Assembly (NCBI GenBank): GCA_041482895.1
Contig: JBGPEO010000001.1
Coordinates: 1 to 57,941 of the forward strand
Reading direction: 5' to 3'
Length of the DNA stretch: 57,941 nt
DNA from: Candidatus Dormibacteraceae bacterium
GTDB lineage: Bacteria; Chloroflexota; Dormibacteria; Dormibacterales; Dormibacteraceae
This document shows positions 8,577 to 17,203 of this stretch, piece after piece. The stretch's first letter is position 1; each line of letters opens with the position of its first letter. The notes below the pieces were generated by a model. The model made no database searches. It was not told the origin of the DNA and saw only the letters and a program-made list of their open reading frames with translations. The position numbers were made by a program, and so were the translations under genes.

Positions 8577-9606
8577 TAAGGACGATCTTGGTCGCTTCGC
8601 GGGCGTCGAACATCTTGTAGGCGTCCGCGGCCTGGTCGAGCTTCATCCGGTGGCTGATGATCGTCTCCGGCTTAAGCCGCCCGGCGGCGATCAGGTCGAG
8701 GAGCGGGCGCATGTATTTCTGCACGTTGCACCGGCCGGAGCGAAAGGTCAGCGCCTTCTCCCACATGTGGTAGTAGTTGAAGTCGGCGGTGAACTCGCTC
8801 GGGACGCCGACCACCGAGATCGTGCCCCCTCCGCGCACGCACTGGATCGCTGTGTCAACCGTCGCGGTGAGGCCGACGGCCTCGATACTCGAATCGGCGC
8901 CGATGCCGCCGGTCTGAGCCGCGATCGATTCCACAGGGTGAGAGCGAGCTGCGTTGATCGGCGTTCCTCCCAGCTCCTGCGCGATTTCGAGCCGCGACTC
9001 GACCATGTCAACCACGAAGACGCGCGCAGGTCCGAACAGCTGCGCGCACATCGTCGCCATCAAGCCGACCGGACCCGCCCCGATCACCGCGACGTTGTCG
9101 CCCGGGTGGATCTCTGCTCGGTCCGCGGCGAACATCCCGGTGGAGAGGATGTCGCCGACGAAGATCGCCTGCTCGTCGGTCATGCCCTCCGGAATGAGCT
9201 CCATCGAGTGGTCCGCGAGAGGTACGACTACGTATTCGGCCTGTCCCCCACCGAGTCCACCGAGCACGGCGCCGAATCCGAAGGTGGCTATGTTGAGGCA
9301 CTGGTTGAACCAACCCTTGCGGCACAGCGCGCAGTGGCCGCAAGAGGTGTAGAAGCTCACTACCACGCGATCCCCCGGCTTGAATCGCTTGACCGCCGGC
9401 CCAACCTCCTGGATCACTCCGACGAACTCGTGCCCGAGCAGCTCGCCCGCGACCATCGGAATCCGCCCGTGGTAGGCGTGCAGGTCGGATCCGCAGATGG
9501 CTCCGAGGGTCACCTTCAGCAGGGCCTCGTCGGGAGCCTGGATTGACGGCTTAGGTACATCCATGACCTGGACCTGTCCGACCCCTTGAAAGGTCGCAGC
9601 CTTCAT
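8569..9606 (-). CDS. Zinc-dependent alcohol dehydrogenase (MDR family)
   Basis: Inner part of ORF 8569..10062 from MKAATFQGVGQVQVMDVPKP. It has GHEFVG, the structural-Zn cluster CGHCALCRKG and the GAGPVG Rossmann motif. Confidence 0.9.
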   Translation of the reverse strand: MKAATFQGVGQVQVMDVPKPSIQAPDEALLKVTLGAICGSDLHAYHGRIPMVAGELLGHEFVGVIQEVGPAVKRFKPGDRVVVSFYTSCGHCALCRKGWFNQCLNIATFGFGAVLGGLGGGQAEYVVVPLADHSMELIPEGMTDEQAIFVGDILSTGMFAADRAEIHPGDNVAVIGAGPVGLMATMCAQLFGPARVFVVDMVESRLEIAQELGGTPINAARSHPVESIAAQTGGIGADSSIEAVGLTATVDTAIQCVRGGGTISVVGVPSEFTADFNYYHMWEKALTFRSGRCNVQKYMRPLLDLIAAGRLKPETIISHRMKLDQAADAYKMFDAREATKIVLTP

Positions 9607-9640
9607 GCTGCGGAATTCTATGCCGACCCGCAAGTAGGCT

Positions 9641-10450
9641 TTGGACGTGCGCCTGAAGGGAGCTGTGGTTCTGATCACCGGCGCCTCCAGCGGCATCGGA
9701 GCAGCGACCGCCGTCGCGTTCGCGAAGCGTGGCGCGAGGCTCGAGCTGGGCGCCCGGCGCGTCGACCGTCTCGAGACAGTCGCCGAGAGGTGCCGCAAAG
9801 CCGGCTCGCCAGAGGTCAACGCGCGGCGCCTGGACGTGGGCGAGCGCGGCGACGCGCGCGCATTCGTCGCGGGCGCGCTGCGCACGCACGAACGGCTCGA
9901 CGTGCTCGTCAACAACGCGGGCACAGGGTGGATGGGCCGGCTGCACCAGATGCCTGAGGAGAAGGTCGACGAGCTGATCGCGACCAACCTGAAAGGTGTG
10001 ATTGCAACGATCCAGGCGGCTCTGCCCTGGATGCTCGAACGCCGCCGCGGCGTGATCATCAACGTCGCCTCGATCGTCGCCTTTCGCGCGTCGCCATACT
10101 CGGCGGTTTACTCCGCCACCAAGCATGCGGTCGCGGGACTGTCGCACGCGCTTCGCGGAGAGCTGTCCGGCTCGGGCGTGAAGGTGTGCGTCGTGTATCC
10201 CGGCGTGACCGCGGGCACCGAGTTCTTCTCGGCGACCGAGCGCCCGGTCGGTCCGCAGTATCCGGCGACGTGGGTCGCCAACGTGATCGTCCGCACTGCG
10301 CAGTTTCCACGCCGGGACGCGATGGTGCTTCCGATTCGGGCCGTCCAGCTGGCCGAGCCGGTTTTCGGCGGCCTGATGGACCATGCGCTGGGCGAGGCCC
10401 GGCGGCTGGCGTCTCCGGACCTCAGCGGAACGGGCATGCCGAAGAGCTAG
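9641..10450 (+). CDS. SDR-family oxidoreductase
   Basis: VLITGASSGIGAATA (TGxxxGxG), NNAG and YSATKHA (YxxxK) motifs. The start is TTG, divergent from the ADH. Confidence 0.9.
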   Translation: MDVRLKGAVVLITGASSGIGAATAVAFAKRGARLELGARRVDRLETVAERCRKAGSPEVNARRLDVGERGDARAFVAGALRTHERLDVLVNNAGTGWMGRLHQMPEEKVDELIATNLKGVIATIQAALPWMLERRRGVIINVASIVAFRASPYSAVYSATKHAVAGLSHALRGELSGSGVKVCVVYPGVTAGTEFFSATERPVGPQYPATWVANVIVRTAQFPRRDAMVLPIRAVQLAEPVFGGLMDHALGEARRLASPDLSGTGMPKS

Positions 10451-10453
10451 CGG

Positions 10454-11356
10454 CTACTTCTGCCACGCCTCCAGCAGCTTCTCGAGCTGCCTGGCGTTCT
10501 TGACCGAGTAGTTCGAGTAGTTGTTGTTCATCAGGGCATGGACCTGCTTGGCCGAGCGCTCCATCTCCTTGATCCGGGGCACCCATTCCACGAGCTGCTC
10601 GTCCTTGTAGTCGTGGCGGAAGCGGAGGTTCGGCGGCGCGCCCTTGATGTCCCAGGTCTCGTGGTTGCGGCCGTGAAAGCGAACGACCGCGAGCTTGGTC
10701 GAGGTGACCTCGTGGACCGGCGGCATGCTCGTCTTGTGCCCTTGAGGCACGTCGACCGCCACGTAGGGGATGTCGCGGGTGCGTAGGAAGGCGAGAGTGC
10801 CCTCGAGATGTCGCGCGTCCAGCCATTCCGGCTTGCGGAACTCGACGGCGACTTGGAAGCCGAACATGCGCTCCTGGCACTGCTCGATGTAGGCCAGCGA
10901 GCGCGACGAGGGCAGGAACCACGGCGGGAACTGGAAGAAGACGGCGCCGAGCTTGCCCGCGGCCCGCAGCGGCTCAAGCGCCGCGCGGAACCTGTCCCAC
11001 GACTCGTCGACCAGCCCGTCAGGCATCTGCTCGAGGTAGATGTTCTTTTCGCGCAGCTTTTCAGGGAGCTCGTCGCGGATGTCCTTGGGGAGGGCCATCG
11101 GTTTGGTGGGATGGTTGGTGAACAGGGAAAAGGACTTGACATCGAAGGTGAAGCCTTCAGGCGTGCGCGCCACCCACAGCTCCGAGTTCTCGGGCTTGGG
11201 CATGCCGTAATACGTCGAGTCGACCTCGACCAGCGAGAACTGGCTTGCGTAAAAGTTCAGCCGCTCCTCCGAGCTCTTGGCGTTGAGCGGATAGAACAGC
11301 TTGGAGTCGATGAGCGACTTGTCGATCCAGCCCGCGATCCCGACCCGTACCGTCAT
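10454..11356 (-). CDS. DUF72 (UPF0759) family protein
   Basis: MTVRVGIAGWIDKSL...YASQFSLVEVDSTYYGMP...FQFPPWF matches the characteristic DUF72 layout. Confidence 0.85.
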   Translation of the reverse strand: MTVRVGIAGWIDKSLIDSKLFYPLNAKSSEERLNFYASQFSLVEVDSTYYGMPKPENSELWVARTPEGFTFDVKSFSLFTNHPTKPMALPKDIRDELPEKLREKNIYLEQMPDGLVDESWDRFRAALEPLRAAGKLGAVFFQFPPWFLPSSRSLAYIEQCQERMFGFQVAVEFRKPEWLDARHLEGTLAFLRTRDIPYVAVDVPQGHKTSMPPVHEVTSTKLAVVRFHGRNHETWDIKGAPPNLRFRHDYKDEQLVEWVPRIKEMERSAKQVHALMNNNYSNYSVKNARQLEKLLEAWQK

Positions 11357-13598
11357 GGGTCCGATCGTGGCACAGGAGAGATATGATCCGTGCCTCCACG
11401 TGGGCCGCTACATCCGCTACTGGTACACGTACCGCACCGTGGTAGCGGTCGTCATCGCCGTCGTGCTCAGCGGGGCCATCTACTGGCTCTACACCCAGCA
11501 GGTGGCGTGCGACACGCACGTGGGGGTCTGCGCGATCAATGTCTCTGTTCACCCGCAGGACCGCTTCGTCGGTCAATCGGCTACAGACCAGACCATCGAG
11601 ATCGTCGGTCTTGACGACGCGAGCGTCCAGCAAATCGGCAGGTACCCCATCACGCGCAACCACTACGCGGACGCCTTGACGAATCTCGAGAAAGCCGGCG
11701 CCGCTGTGGTCGCCTTCGACATCGGGTTCCCAGACGCCACCAACGACGCCTACGACGACGCCTTCGCCAAAGCGTTGGCGTCGAGCACCATTCCAGTCAT
11801 CCTTTCCTACGGGGGCGAGAACACGGTCGCCGGGAACGGGAAGATCATTCAGACCGGGCCAGGCACCACCCCTAAGGGGATCGACCAGATACCTCTGCGC
11901 AAGCTCTGGTGCGCCGATGGCAACTCAAACCCGAACGCTCCGTGCCAGAAGCCATATCCAAACGTCGTCCTCGCGTCCACCGATATCCGGCTCGACGCCG
12001 ACGGAGTCGTGCGACGCATGTCGATGTTCGTGCAGCCTGCATGTTTTGCGACCGGCGCCTGCGACACGCCGACCATCTATCCCCTCGGTTTCGCGGCCTA
12101 TCGGGCTTTCGTGCTGCAGGGATCGAGCGGACCCGGCCTTCAGGAATCAGGCAGCGCCGTCGCGTTCGACACGAACTGGACGCAGCCCCTTCAGGTCGAC
12201 GGTACCGGTGCGGCGTTGATCAACTTCACCGGCCCCGCCGACAATTTCAAGGCCAATAAGCAGTACCTCTCATTCGGCGACGTAGCGACCGGCAACTTTC
12301 CGGCAGACGCCGTCACGTATGTGAATGCGGTGGGTAAGCGCGACGGCAAGATCGTCCTGATCGGCGCTTACAACCTCACCGGTTTCCACGACGAGCAGCT
12401 AGTGACGACGAGCGCCGGCTCCAGCGGAACGCCGATGACCGGCGTGGAGATTCACGCCAACCTGGTCCAGATGTTGCTCAAGAACGGATCTGCGTTTCTC
12501 ACCACCGAGTCGCCGCTGCTGCTCTTTCTTCTGATCCTTGCGCTCGGGCTGGTAACCGCGGTCGGCGTCTCACGAGTCAGCGTTCTTTGGGGTCTCGCCG
12601 GCACGCTGTTGGCGTTGGTCGTGTTCACGTTTGGCATGAGCTATTTCGCCAACTTCGGCGGCTTCGTGCCCGACCTGTTCCATCCATGGCTCGCCATCGG
12701 TCTGACCTACTCAGGAGTGACCGCGTATCGGTTCCTCTACGAGGATCGCGAGAAGCGCAAAGTCACACGGCTCTTTGGGGTTTACCTCAAGCCTGAGATC
12801 GTGGCCCAGCTGGCCAAGACCCGCGGCGGCGTGGACGACATCATGCGAGGCGGAGAGCGGCGCGACGTCACACTGCTGTTCGTCGACATCCGCGGCTTCA
12901 CCTCGATGTCGGAGTCGATGGCCGCGAACGACGTGACCGAGGTCGTGCAGATGTACCTCGACCACCTGAGTGGAATCATCTTCACGTGGGATGGGACGGT
13001 CGACAAGTACGTTGGCGACGAGATCGTGGCTTTCTGGAACGCGCCTCGCTTGCAGGAAAACCATGCGCTGCTCGCCGTGCGCTGCGCGTACGACCTGGTC
13101 AACCGCGCTCCCGAGCTGCAAGAACGACTTCTGGCCAAAGGCCTACCCCCCATACGGTGGGGCATCGGCGTGAACACGGGGCCGGCAGTCGTCGGAATGA
13201 TGGGCTCGCGCAGCCGCCTGCAGTACACCGCGCTCGGTGACACGGTCAACACCGCTGCGCGCTTCTGCGCCCACGCGCCTGCATTCCACTTGCTGATCGG
13301 CCAGCAGACATACGAGATGTGCAAGGACTACATCGCCGTCGACCTCGTGCCGGGCGTTCAGCTGAAGGGCAAGTCAGCCGAGACCTTCCGCATCTACCAG
13401 GTGACCGCGATCCGGGAGACACCGACGTCGCCCTGGGTCCACTTTCCGACCGAGATGGCGACACAGGCTCACCACACGTTCACGTCGCAGTACACGCAGC
13501 AGGGCGTCATCGCGGCGGGAGAGTCGGGCTCGCGCGACATCCTGGTCGGCGAAGCGGCGGAGCAGGCGCTGGCGGGCCAGGGCCCGTCAACGAACTAA
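11355..13598 (+). CDS. CHASE2-sensor class III adenylate/guanylate cyclase (paralog 1)
   Basis: N-terminal TM helix, periplasmic CHASE2-like region, a 3-4 TM block, then the cyclase domain (RRDVTLLFVDIRGFTSMSE, DKYVGDEIVAFWNAP, GIGVNTGPAVVG, ALGDTVNTAARF). The start is uncertain (ATG 11355, GTG 11367 or 11400). The track ORF begins at 11301, inside DUF72. Confidence 0.85.
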   Translation: MGPIVAQERYDPCLHVGRYIRYWYTYRTVVAVVIAVVLSGAIYWLYTQQVACDTHVGVCAINVSVHPQDRFVGQSATDQTIEIVGLDDASVQQIGRYPITRNHYADALTNLEKAGAAVVAFDIGFPDATNDAYDDAFAKALASSTIPVILSYGGENTVAGNGKIIQTGPGTTPKGIDQIPLRKLWCADGNSNPNAPCQKPYPNVVLASTDIRLDADGVVRRMSMFVQPACFATGACDTPTIYPLGFAAYRAFVLQGSSGPGLQESGSAVAFDTNWTQPLQVDGTGAALINFTGPADNFKANKQYLSFGDVATGNFPADAVTYVNAVGKRDGKIVLIGAYNLTGFHDEQLVTTSAGSSGTPMTGVEIHANLVQMLLKNGSAFLTTESPLLLFLLILALGLVTAVGVSRVSVLWGLAGTLLALVVFTFGMSYFANFGGFVPDLFHPWLAIGLTYSGVTAYRFLYEDREKRKVTRLFGVYLKPEIVAQLAKTRGGVDDIMRGGERRDVTLLFVDIRGFTSMSESMAANDVTEVVQMYLDHLSGIIFTWDGTVDKYVGDEIVAFWNAPRLQENHALLAVRCAYDLVNRAPELQERLLAKGLPPIRWGIGVNTGPAVVGMMGSRSRLQYTALGDTVNTAARFCAHAPAFHLLIGQQTYEMCKDYIAVDLVPGVQLKGKSAETFRIYQVTAIRETPTSPWVHFPTEMATQAHHTFTSQYTQQGVIAAGESGSRDILVGEAAEQALAGQGPSTN

Positions 13599-14974
13599 TG
13601 CAGGTACGCCGCCGCTAGCACGATCGCCACAGCGGCCACGGACAGCGTGGCCATGACGCCCATGCATCCGGCGGACTGCTTGACCACGGGCTTGACCGGT
13701 GGCGCCGGGTTGTAGACGGCCTGGGGTGGCACGGCCATCGTAGGTTGCTGAATCGCGATACCGATCGGCGTGGCTGGAAGTACAGCAGGCTGAGGATTGG
13801 AGCCCGGAACCATCCTGGAAAGATCGGCTCCTGGCTCGAGGCTTCGCTGCCAGCCTGGGAAGAGCCGATCGCCGATCCGCGAGACAGCGTCGTCGAACTC
13901 CTGGCCAGTCTGGAAACGGTCCTCAGGCCGCTTCGAGATGGATTTGAGGATGCACTCCTCGAGCGTAGGGTCGAGCCCCGGGCGATGGACGGATGGGGGC
14001 TTCGGCGGCGCCTGGACATGCTTGGCCATCAGGGTGAACGGCCCGTCGGACTCGTTCGCGGTGAACGGCGCCTGGCCGGCCACCAGCTCGTAGAACATGA
14101 TCCCAGCCGAGTAGAGATCGCTTCGCCCGTCGACCTTGCTCGAGGCGACCTGTTCGGGCGACATGTACTGCGGGGTGCCGACGGTCGTGCCGGTCTTGGT
14201 CGCCGTTCCCCCGACGCCGCTGTCGTCGGTCAGCCTCGCGATCCCGAAGTCCGCGACCTTGACCATGCCGTCCTCGGAGAGAAGGACGTTCTCCGGCTTC
14301 ATGTCCCTGTGAACGATCGCGTGCTTGTGCGCGTAATCGAGAGCCTGCAGCACGCCATGCATGACCGCGAAGACCTGTGGCGGGGGTATCGGGCCCCGGT
14401 TGAGCCAGTCCCTGAGCGACTTGCCGCGCACGAACTCCAGGACGATGTAGTTGGCTTCGCCGGTCAGCTCCAGGTCGTGGACCTGAACGAGGTTGGGGTG
14501 GCTGGTCCGGGCCATCACCTGGGCTTCCTGCAAGAAGCGCTTCAAGGCGAGCGGGTCGGTCGCGGCGGACTGGATCAGCTCCTTGATCGCAACCTCACGT
14601 CCCAGGCCAGGCTGCTCGGCGAGGTAGACGGTGCCCATCCCGCCGCGGCCCAACTCGCCCTTCACCCGGTACTTGCCGATATATCGCTCGCCGGCCGGCG
14701 TCGGGGTTGTTGCGATCATCACCGGGATCGGCGGCGGCGGGGCCGACGGCGGCGGCACCGGTATGAGTCGCATCGTTGCGGAGACGTCAGACACGTACGG
14801 TGCAGGCGAGGCGAGCGCCGGCGCGGGGCTGGCGGGGGTCGCCTGGGCGGGCGGGTGCGCCGCCGGGCGGGGAGCGTCGGCGGAGGCAGAGTCTTGCTGG
14901 GTCGGAGCCCACGGAGGAACGCCTGGGGTCGGCGAGTCGGGCGGCGTGCCAGGGGGTTGACCGGAATCGGTCAT
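13595..14974 (-). CDS. Ser/Thr protein kinase (Hanks type) with Pro-rich N-terminus and C-terminal TM anchor
   Basis: GRGGMGTVYLA, VAIKEL, HRDMKPENVLL, DFGIAR and GTPQYMSPE motifs, with a C-terminal hydrophobic helix MGVMATLSVAAVAIVLAAAYL. Confidence 0.9.
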   Translation of the reverse strand: MTDSGQPPGTPPDSPTPGVPPWAPTQQDSASADAPRPAAHPPAQATPASPAPALASPAPYVSDVSATMRLIPVPPPSAPPPPIPVMIATTPTPAGERYIGKYRVKGELGRGGMGTVYLAEQPGLGREVAIKELIQSAATDPLALKRFLQEAQVMARTSHPNLVQVHDLELTGEANYIVLEFVRGKSLRDWLNRGPIPPPQVFAVMHGVLQALDYAHKHAIVHRDMKPENVLLSEDGMVKVADFGIARLTDDSGVGGTATKTGTTVGTPQYMSPEQVASSKVDGRSDLYSAGIMFYELVAGQAPFTANESDGPFTLMAKHVQAPPKPPSVHRPGLDPTLEECILKSISKRPEDRFQTGQEFDDAVSRIGDRLFPGWQRSLEPGADLSRMVPGSNPQPAVLPATPIGIAIQQPTMAVPPQAVYNPAPPVKPVVKQSAGCMGVMATLSVAAVAIVLAAAYLH

Positions 14975-15109
14975 CGCCTCGCGAGCCTAGCAGAGTGCGT
15001 TGGGAGTCAGATGACGTTCAGACCAACCCTGCTCTGGCTATAGCGTTTTCGCGTCATTCAACCCATAATCGGGCCCGCAGCAGCCCGCCAATAGGAGGAG
15101 AGAGAACCA

Positions 15110-15499
15110 ATGTCGCAGATCCCACCGCCGCCCCCAGGGCAACCGGCACCAATGGGTGGAACGCCGAGCGCCGCGGGCAGCAACAAGAAGACCTATACGA
15201 TCCTTGCCTACCTGCTCGGCTGGATCACCGGACTCATATTCCTGTTCGTCGGCAAGGACGATCCGGACGTGAAGTGGAACGCCGCCAACGCGATCGTCAT
15301 CTTCGGCAGCCTAGCCGTGGTAAGTATCGTCGCGAGCTTCGTTCCCCCTGTGAACGTCGTGGTATTCCTCGTTGGCTTCATCTACTGGGCGATCATCATG
15401 TTCCAGGCCCTACAGGGAACCGGCCAACGCATCCCGGCACCCGGGATAGCTCCATACATCAACAAGTACGTAGACCAGCTGGCGAACTCCGTCAACTAG
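15110..15499 (+). CDS. Small integral membrane protein (DUF4870-like, weak)
   Basis: AGGAGGAGAG RBS 8 nt upstream of the ATG, three predicted TM helices and a Pro/Gly-rich N-terminus. It is followed by a canonical terminator. Confidence 0.65.
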   Translation: MSQIPPPPPGQPAPMGGTPSAAGSNKKTYTILAYLLGWITGLIFLFVGKDDPDVKWNAANAIVIFGSLAVVSIVASFVPPVNVVVFLVGFIYWAIIMFQALQGTGQRIPAPGIAPYINKYVDQLANSVN

Positions 15500-15515
15500 T
15501 CCCGACCTCTAAGTC

Positions 15516-15549
15516 AAAAGGCTTCGCTAACGCGGAGCCTTTTCTTTTT
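15516..15549. terminator. Bidirectional rho-independent terminator
   Basis: AAAAGGCTTCGC-taac-GCGGAGCCTTTTCTTTTT is a GC stem flanked by an A-tract and a T-tract. It lies between the convergent genes 15110..15499 (+) and 15548..15829 (-). Confidence 0.65.
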
Positions 15550-15829
15550 AGATGCCGGCGATCTGCTCCAGGACGCGTTCGATTCCGGCCCGGAGCTCAT
15601 CGCGCTCTTCGCGCATCAGCCGTGCCTCGGCCCGCGCGGACGCGAGCTGGTACCTGAGCCGCTCGATCTCCGCCTGAAGGTCGCGCACCCGTGGGTCGGG
15701 CCCGCCCGCGGACGTTTGGACCTCGGCGAGCTCCAGCCGCAGGCGTTCGATGGTGACCTTCAGCTCGCGTCGCTCGGCGAGCAGCTGCTGGACGACGGAC
15801 TCAGACGGCTTTGTCGGCTCTTTCGACAT
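15548..15829 (-). CDS. Hypothetical coiled-coil protein (93 aa)
   Basis: Heptad-like R/E/L-rich sequence (LAERRELKVTIERLRLELAEV...LQAEIERLRYQLASARAEARLMREERDELRAGIERVLEQI). It ends at the terminator. I recognise no family. Confidence 0.5.
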   Translation of the reverse strand: MSKEPTKPSESVVQQLLAERRELKVTIERLRLELAEVQTSAGGPDPRVRDLQAEIERLRYQLASARAEARLMREERDELRAGIERVLEQIAGI

Positions 15830-16097
15830 AACGACACAGGCCTGGCTGGAACTCGCGCAGGCGCAGGTGCTCCATCTCGCCGCGCAGATAGCGCGCCTTG
15901 ATGCCCAGACCCTTGATGCCTTTCGCTGTTTCGTACGGGAACCTGTAGAGCTTTCCCGAATCGACCAGCAGGCAGACGGAGAGCTTCTCGCCGTCCTTCT
16001 CGATCACGTGCTTGTAGCACGGCACCGTGCGGCGCGCAATCTCCATCTTCTTGAAGCCGCCCACCCTGCCGGCGAGCACGTCCATCGGGCTTCGCAT
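15801..16097 (-). CDS. Hypothetical protein (98 aa), unrecognised family
   Basis: Its composition is unlike the shadow ORFs (K/E/Y-rich: FKKMEIARRTVPCYKHVIEKDGEKLSVCLLVDSGKLYRFPYETAKGIKGLGIKARYL). It overlaps the next ORF by 29 nt. Confidence 0.5.
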   Translation of the reverse strand: MRSPMDVLAGRVGGFKKMEIARRTVPCYKHVIEKDGEKLSVCLLVDSGKLYRFPYETAKGIKGLGIKARYLRGEMEHLRLREFQPGLCRYVERADKAV

Positions 16098-16114
16098 GTT
16101 CGAAATCCTAGTGT

Positions 16115-16133
16115 CCCGCTGCTTTGCAGCGGG
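16115..16133 (-). terminator. Stem-loop after the radical SAM gene (weak terminator or processing hairpin)
   Basis: CCCGCTGC-ttt-GCAGCGGG, an 8-bp stem 4 nt after the stop at 16138. The U-tract on the minus strand is poor. Confidence 0.35.
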
Positions 16134-16137
16134 CCCT

Positions 16138-17058
16138 TCAGTTGAGAAGTGAGAGCTGCTCGGGCTCAGGCGGAGGTTTCAGGATGACCTGGCGCCGGTC
16201 CGACACTCCGTGAACCGCTTGGAGACGGGACACGGTCTTCATCGTCGTCTCGCCGAAGGCAGGTGGAAGGTAGGCGCGCTGCTGGTACGCCTTCTCGTAG
16301 CGAGGCACCAGCTCCGGCCAGTGCCTGGCCAGGACCGACATGAAATGCTCGCGTGTTCCGTCCTTGAGGTGAAGCATCCCGGCCCAGAGCCCCGTTGCGC
16401 CGGCGGCTCTCGCGGCTTTGATCACGGCCTCGAGACGATCCGGCCGGTCGGAGAGCCCCGGCAGGATCGGCGCCAAGCCGACGCCGACGTCGATACCGGC
16501 CGAGACCAGCTTCTCGATCGCGCGAAGCCGCTGTCTTGGATGCGCCGTGCCCGGCTCGGTCCGCCGCCAGACCTCGTCGTCGACTGTGGGGATGCTGAAG
16601 GTGATGTGAAGGTCCGCGCGTCGCGCGAGGTCTGAGAGCACGTCGATGTCGCGAACGATCATCGGGCCACGAGTGATCATCGCCGTGGGATTGGAGAAGT
16701 CGCGCAGCACCTCCAGGCACCTACGGGTCAGCTTGTAACGCCCCTCGGCGGGCTGGTAGGGATCTGTGGCGGCGCCAATCACCACCGTCTCTCTGTGCCA
16801 TGACTTCCGCGAAAGCTCGCCGCGCAGGACGCCGGCCACGTTCACCTTGATTCGAATCGCGCGGCCGTATCGATCATCGGAGGGCCGGTCAGCCCGAAGC
16901 TCGAAAGCGCGGACGTAACAGAACGCACACCGGTGCTCGCAGCCGGTGTATGGGTTGAGCGACCAGCCAAAACCCATGCCCTTGACCGGGTTCAGCGCGG
17001 ACTTGCACTGCACCTCGAGGTACTCCACGTCGGCGAGGCGAGGCTCGGGAGATTCCAT
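16138..17058 (-). CDS. Radical SAM protein, SplB-like (COG1533 'DNA repair photolyase' family)
   Basis: LNPYTGCEHRCAFCYVRAF gives the CxxxCxxC radical SAM cluster. Length and layout match the Rv2578c-like family. Confidence 0.85.
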   Translation of the reverse strand: MESPEPRLADVEYLEVQCKSALNPVKGMGFGWSLNPYTGCEHRCAFCYVRAFELRADRPSDDRYGRAIRIKVNVAGVLRGELSRKSWHRETVVIGAATDPYQPAEGRYKLTRRCLEVLRDFSNPTAMITRGPMIVRDIDVLSDLARRADLHITFSIPTVDDEVWRRTEPGTAHPRQRLRAIEKLVSAGIDVGVGLAPILPGLSDRPDRLEAVIKAARAAGATGLWAGMLHLKDGTREHFMSVLARHWPELVPRYEKAYQQRAYLPPAFGETTMKTVSRLQAVHGVSDRRQVILKPPPEPEQLSLLN

Positions 17059-17069
17059 CCGCCGATGGT

Positions 17070-17083
17070 AGAACAGATGTTCG
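17070..17083 (-). promoter_or_regulatory. LexA (SOS) box
   Basis: The gene strand reads CGAACATCTGTTCT, matching the Gram-positive/actinobacterial consensus CGAAC-N4-GTTC(G/T). It lies 11 nt upstream of the radical SAM ATG (17058). Confidence 0.55.
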
Positions 17084-17203
17084 CTCTTAACAAGCTGGGT
17101 TGCGGCGACGAGCTTCTGTCTGTTTTGCTGGCCTCAGGCGTGCCGGTTGGGGGCAATCAGTAGGTCCGATCCTTATCGCCGCTTTGCGCGCTGGGCCCTC
17201 GGT

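Noticed and set aside
13745-15043. Long antisense or out-of-frame ORFs in the track, for example 13745..15043, 27564..28883, 49150..50421, 5725..6687, 1622..2452, 50463..51461, 20052..20924 and 38767..39636.
   Set aside because: They overlap well-supported genes on the opposite strand or in another frame. Their composition is Arg/Ala/Gly/Pro-dominated with no recognisable motifs, which is typical of stop-poor shadow ORFs in high-GC DNA.
16098-16112. A second LexA site in front of the 98-aa ORF (TCGAAC immediately upstream of its ATG).
   Set aside because: Only one half-site is present, and the sequence 4 nt downstream is GAAGCC, not GTTCGA.
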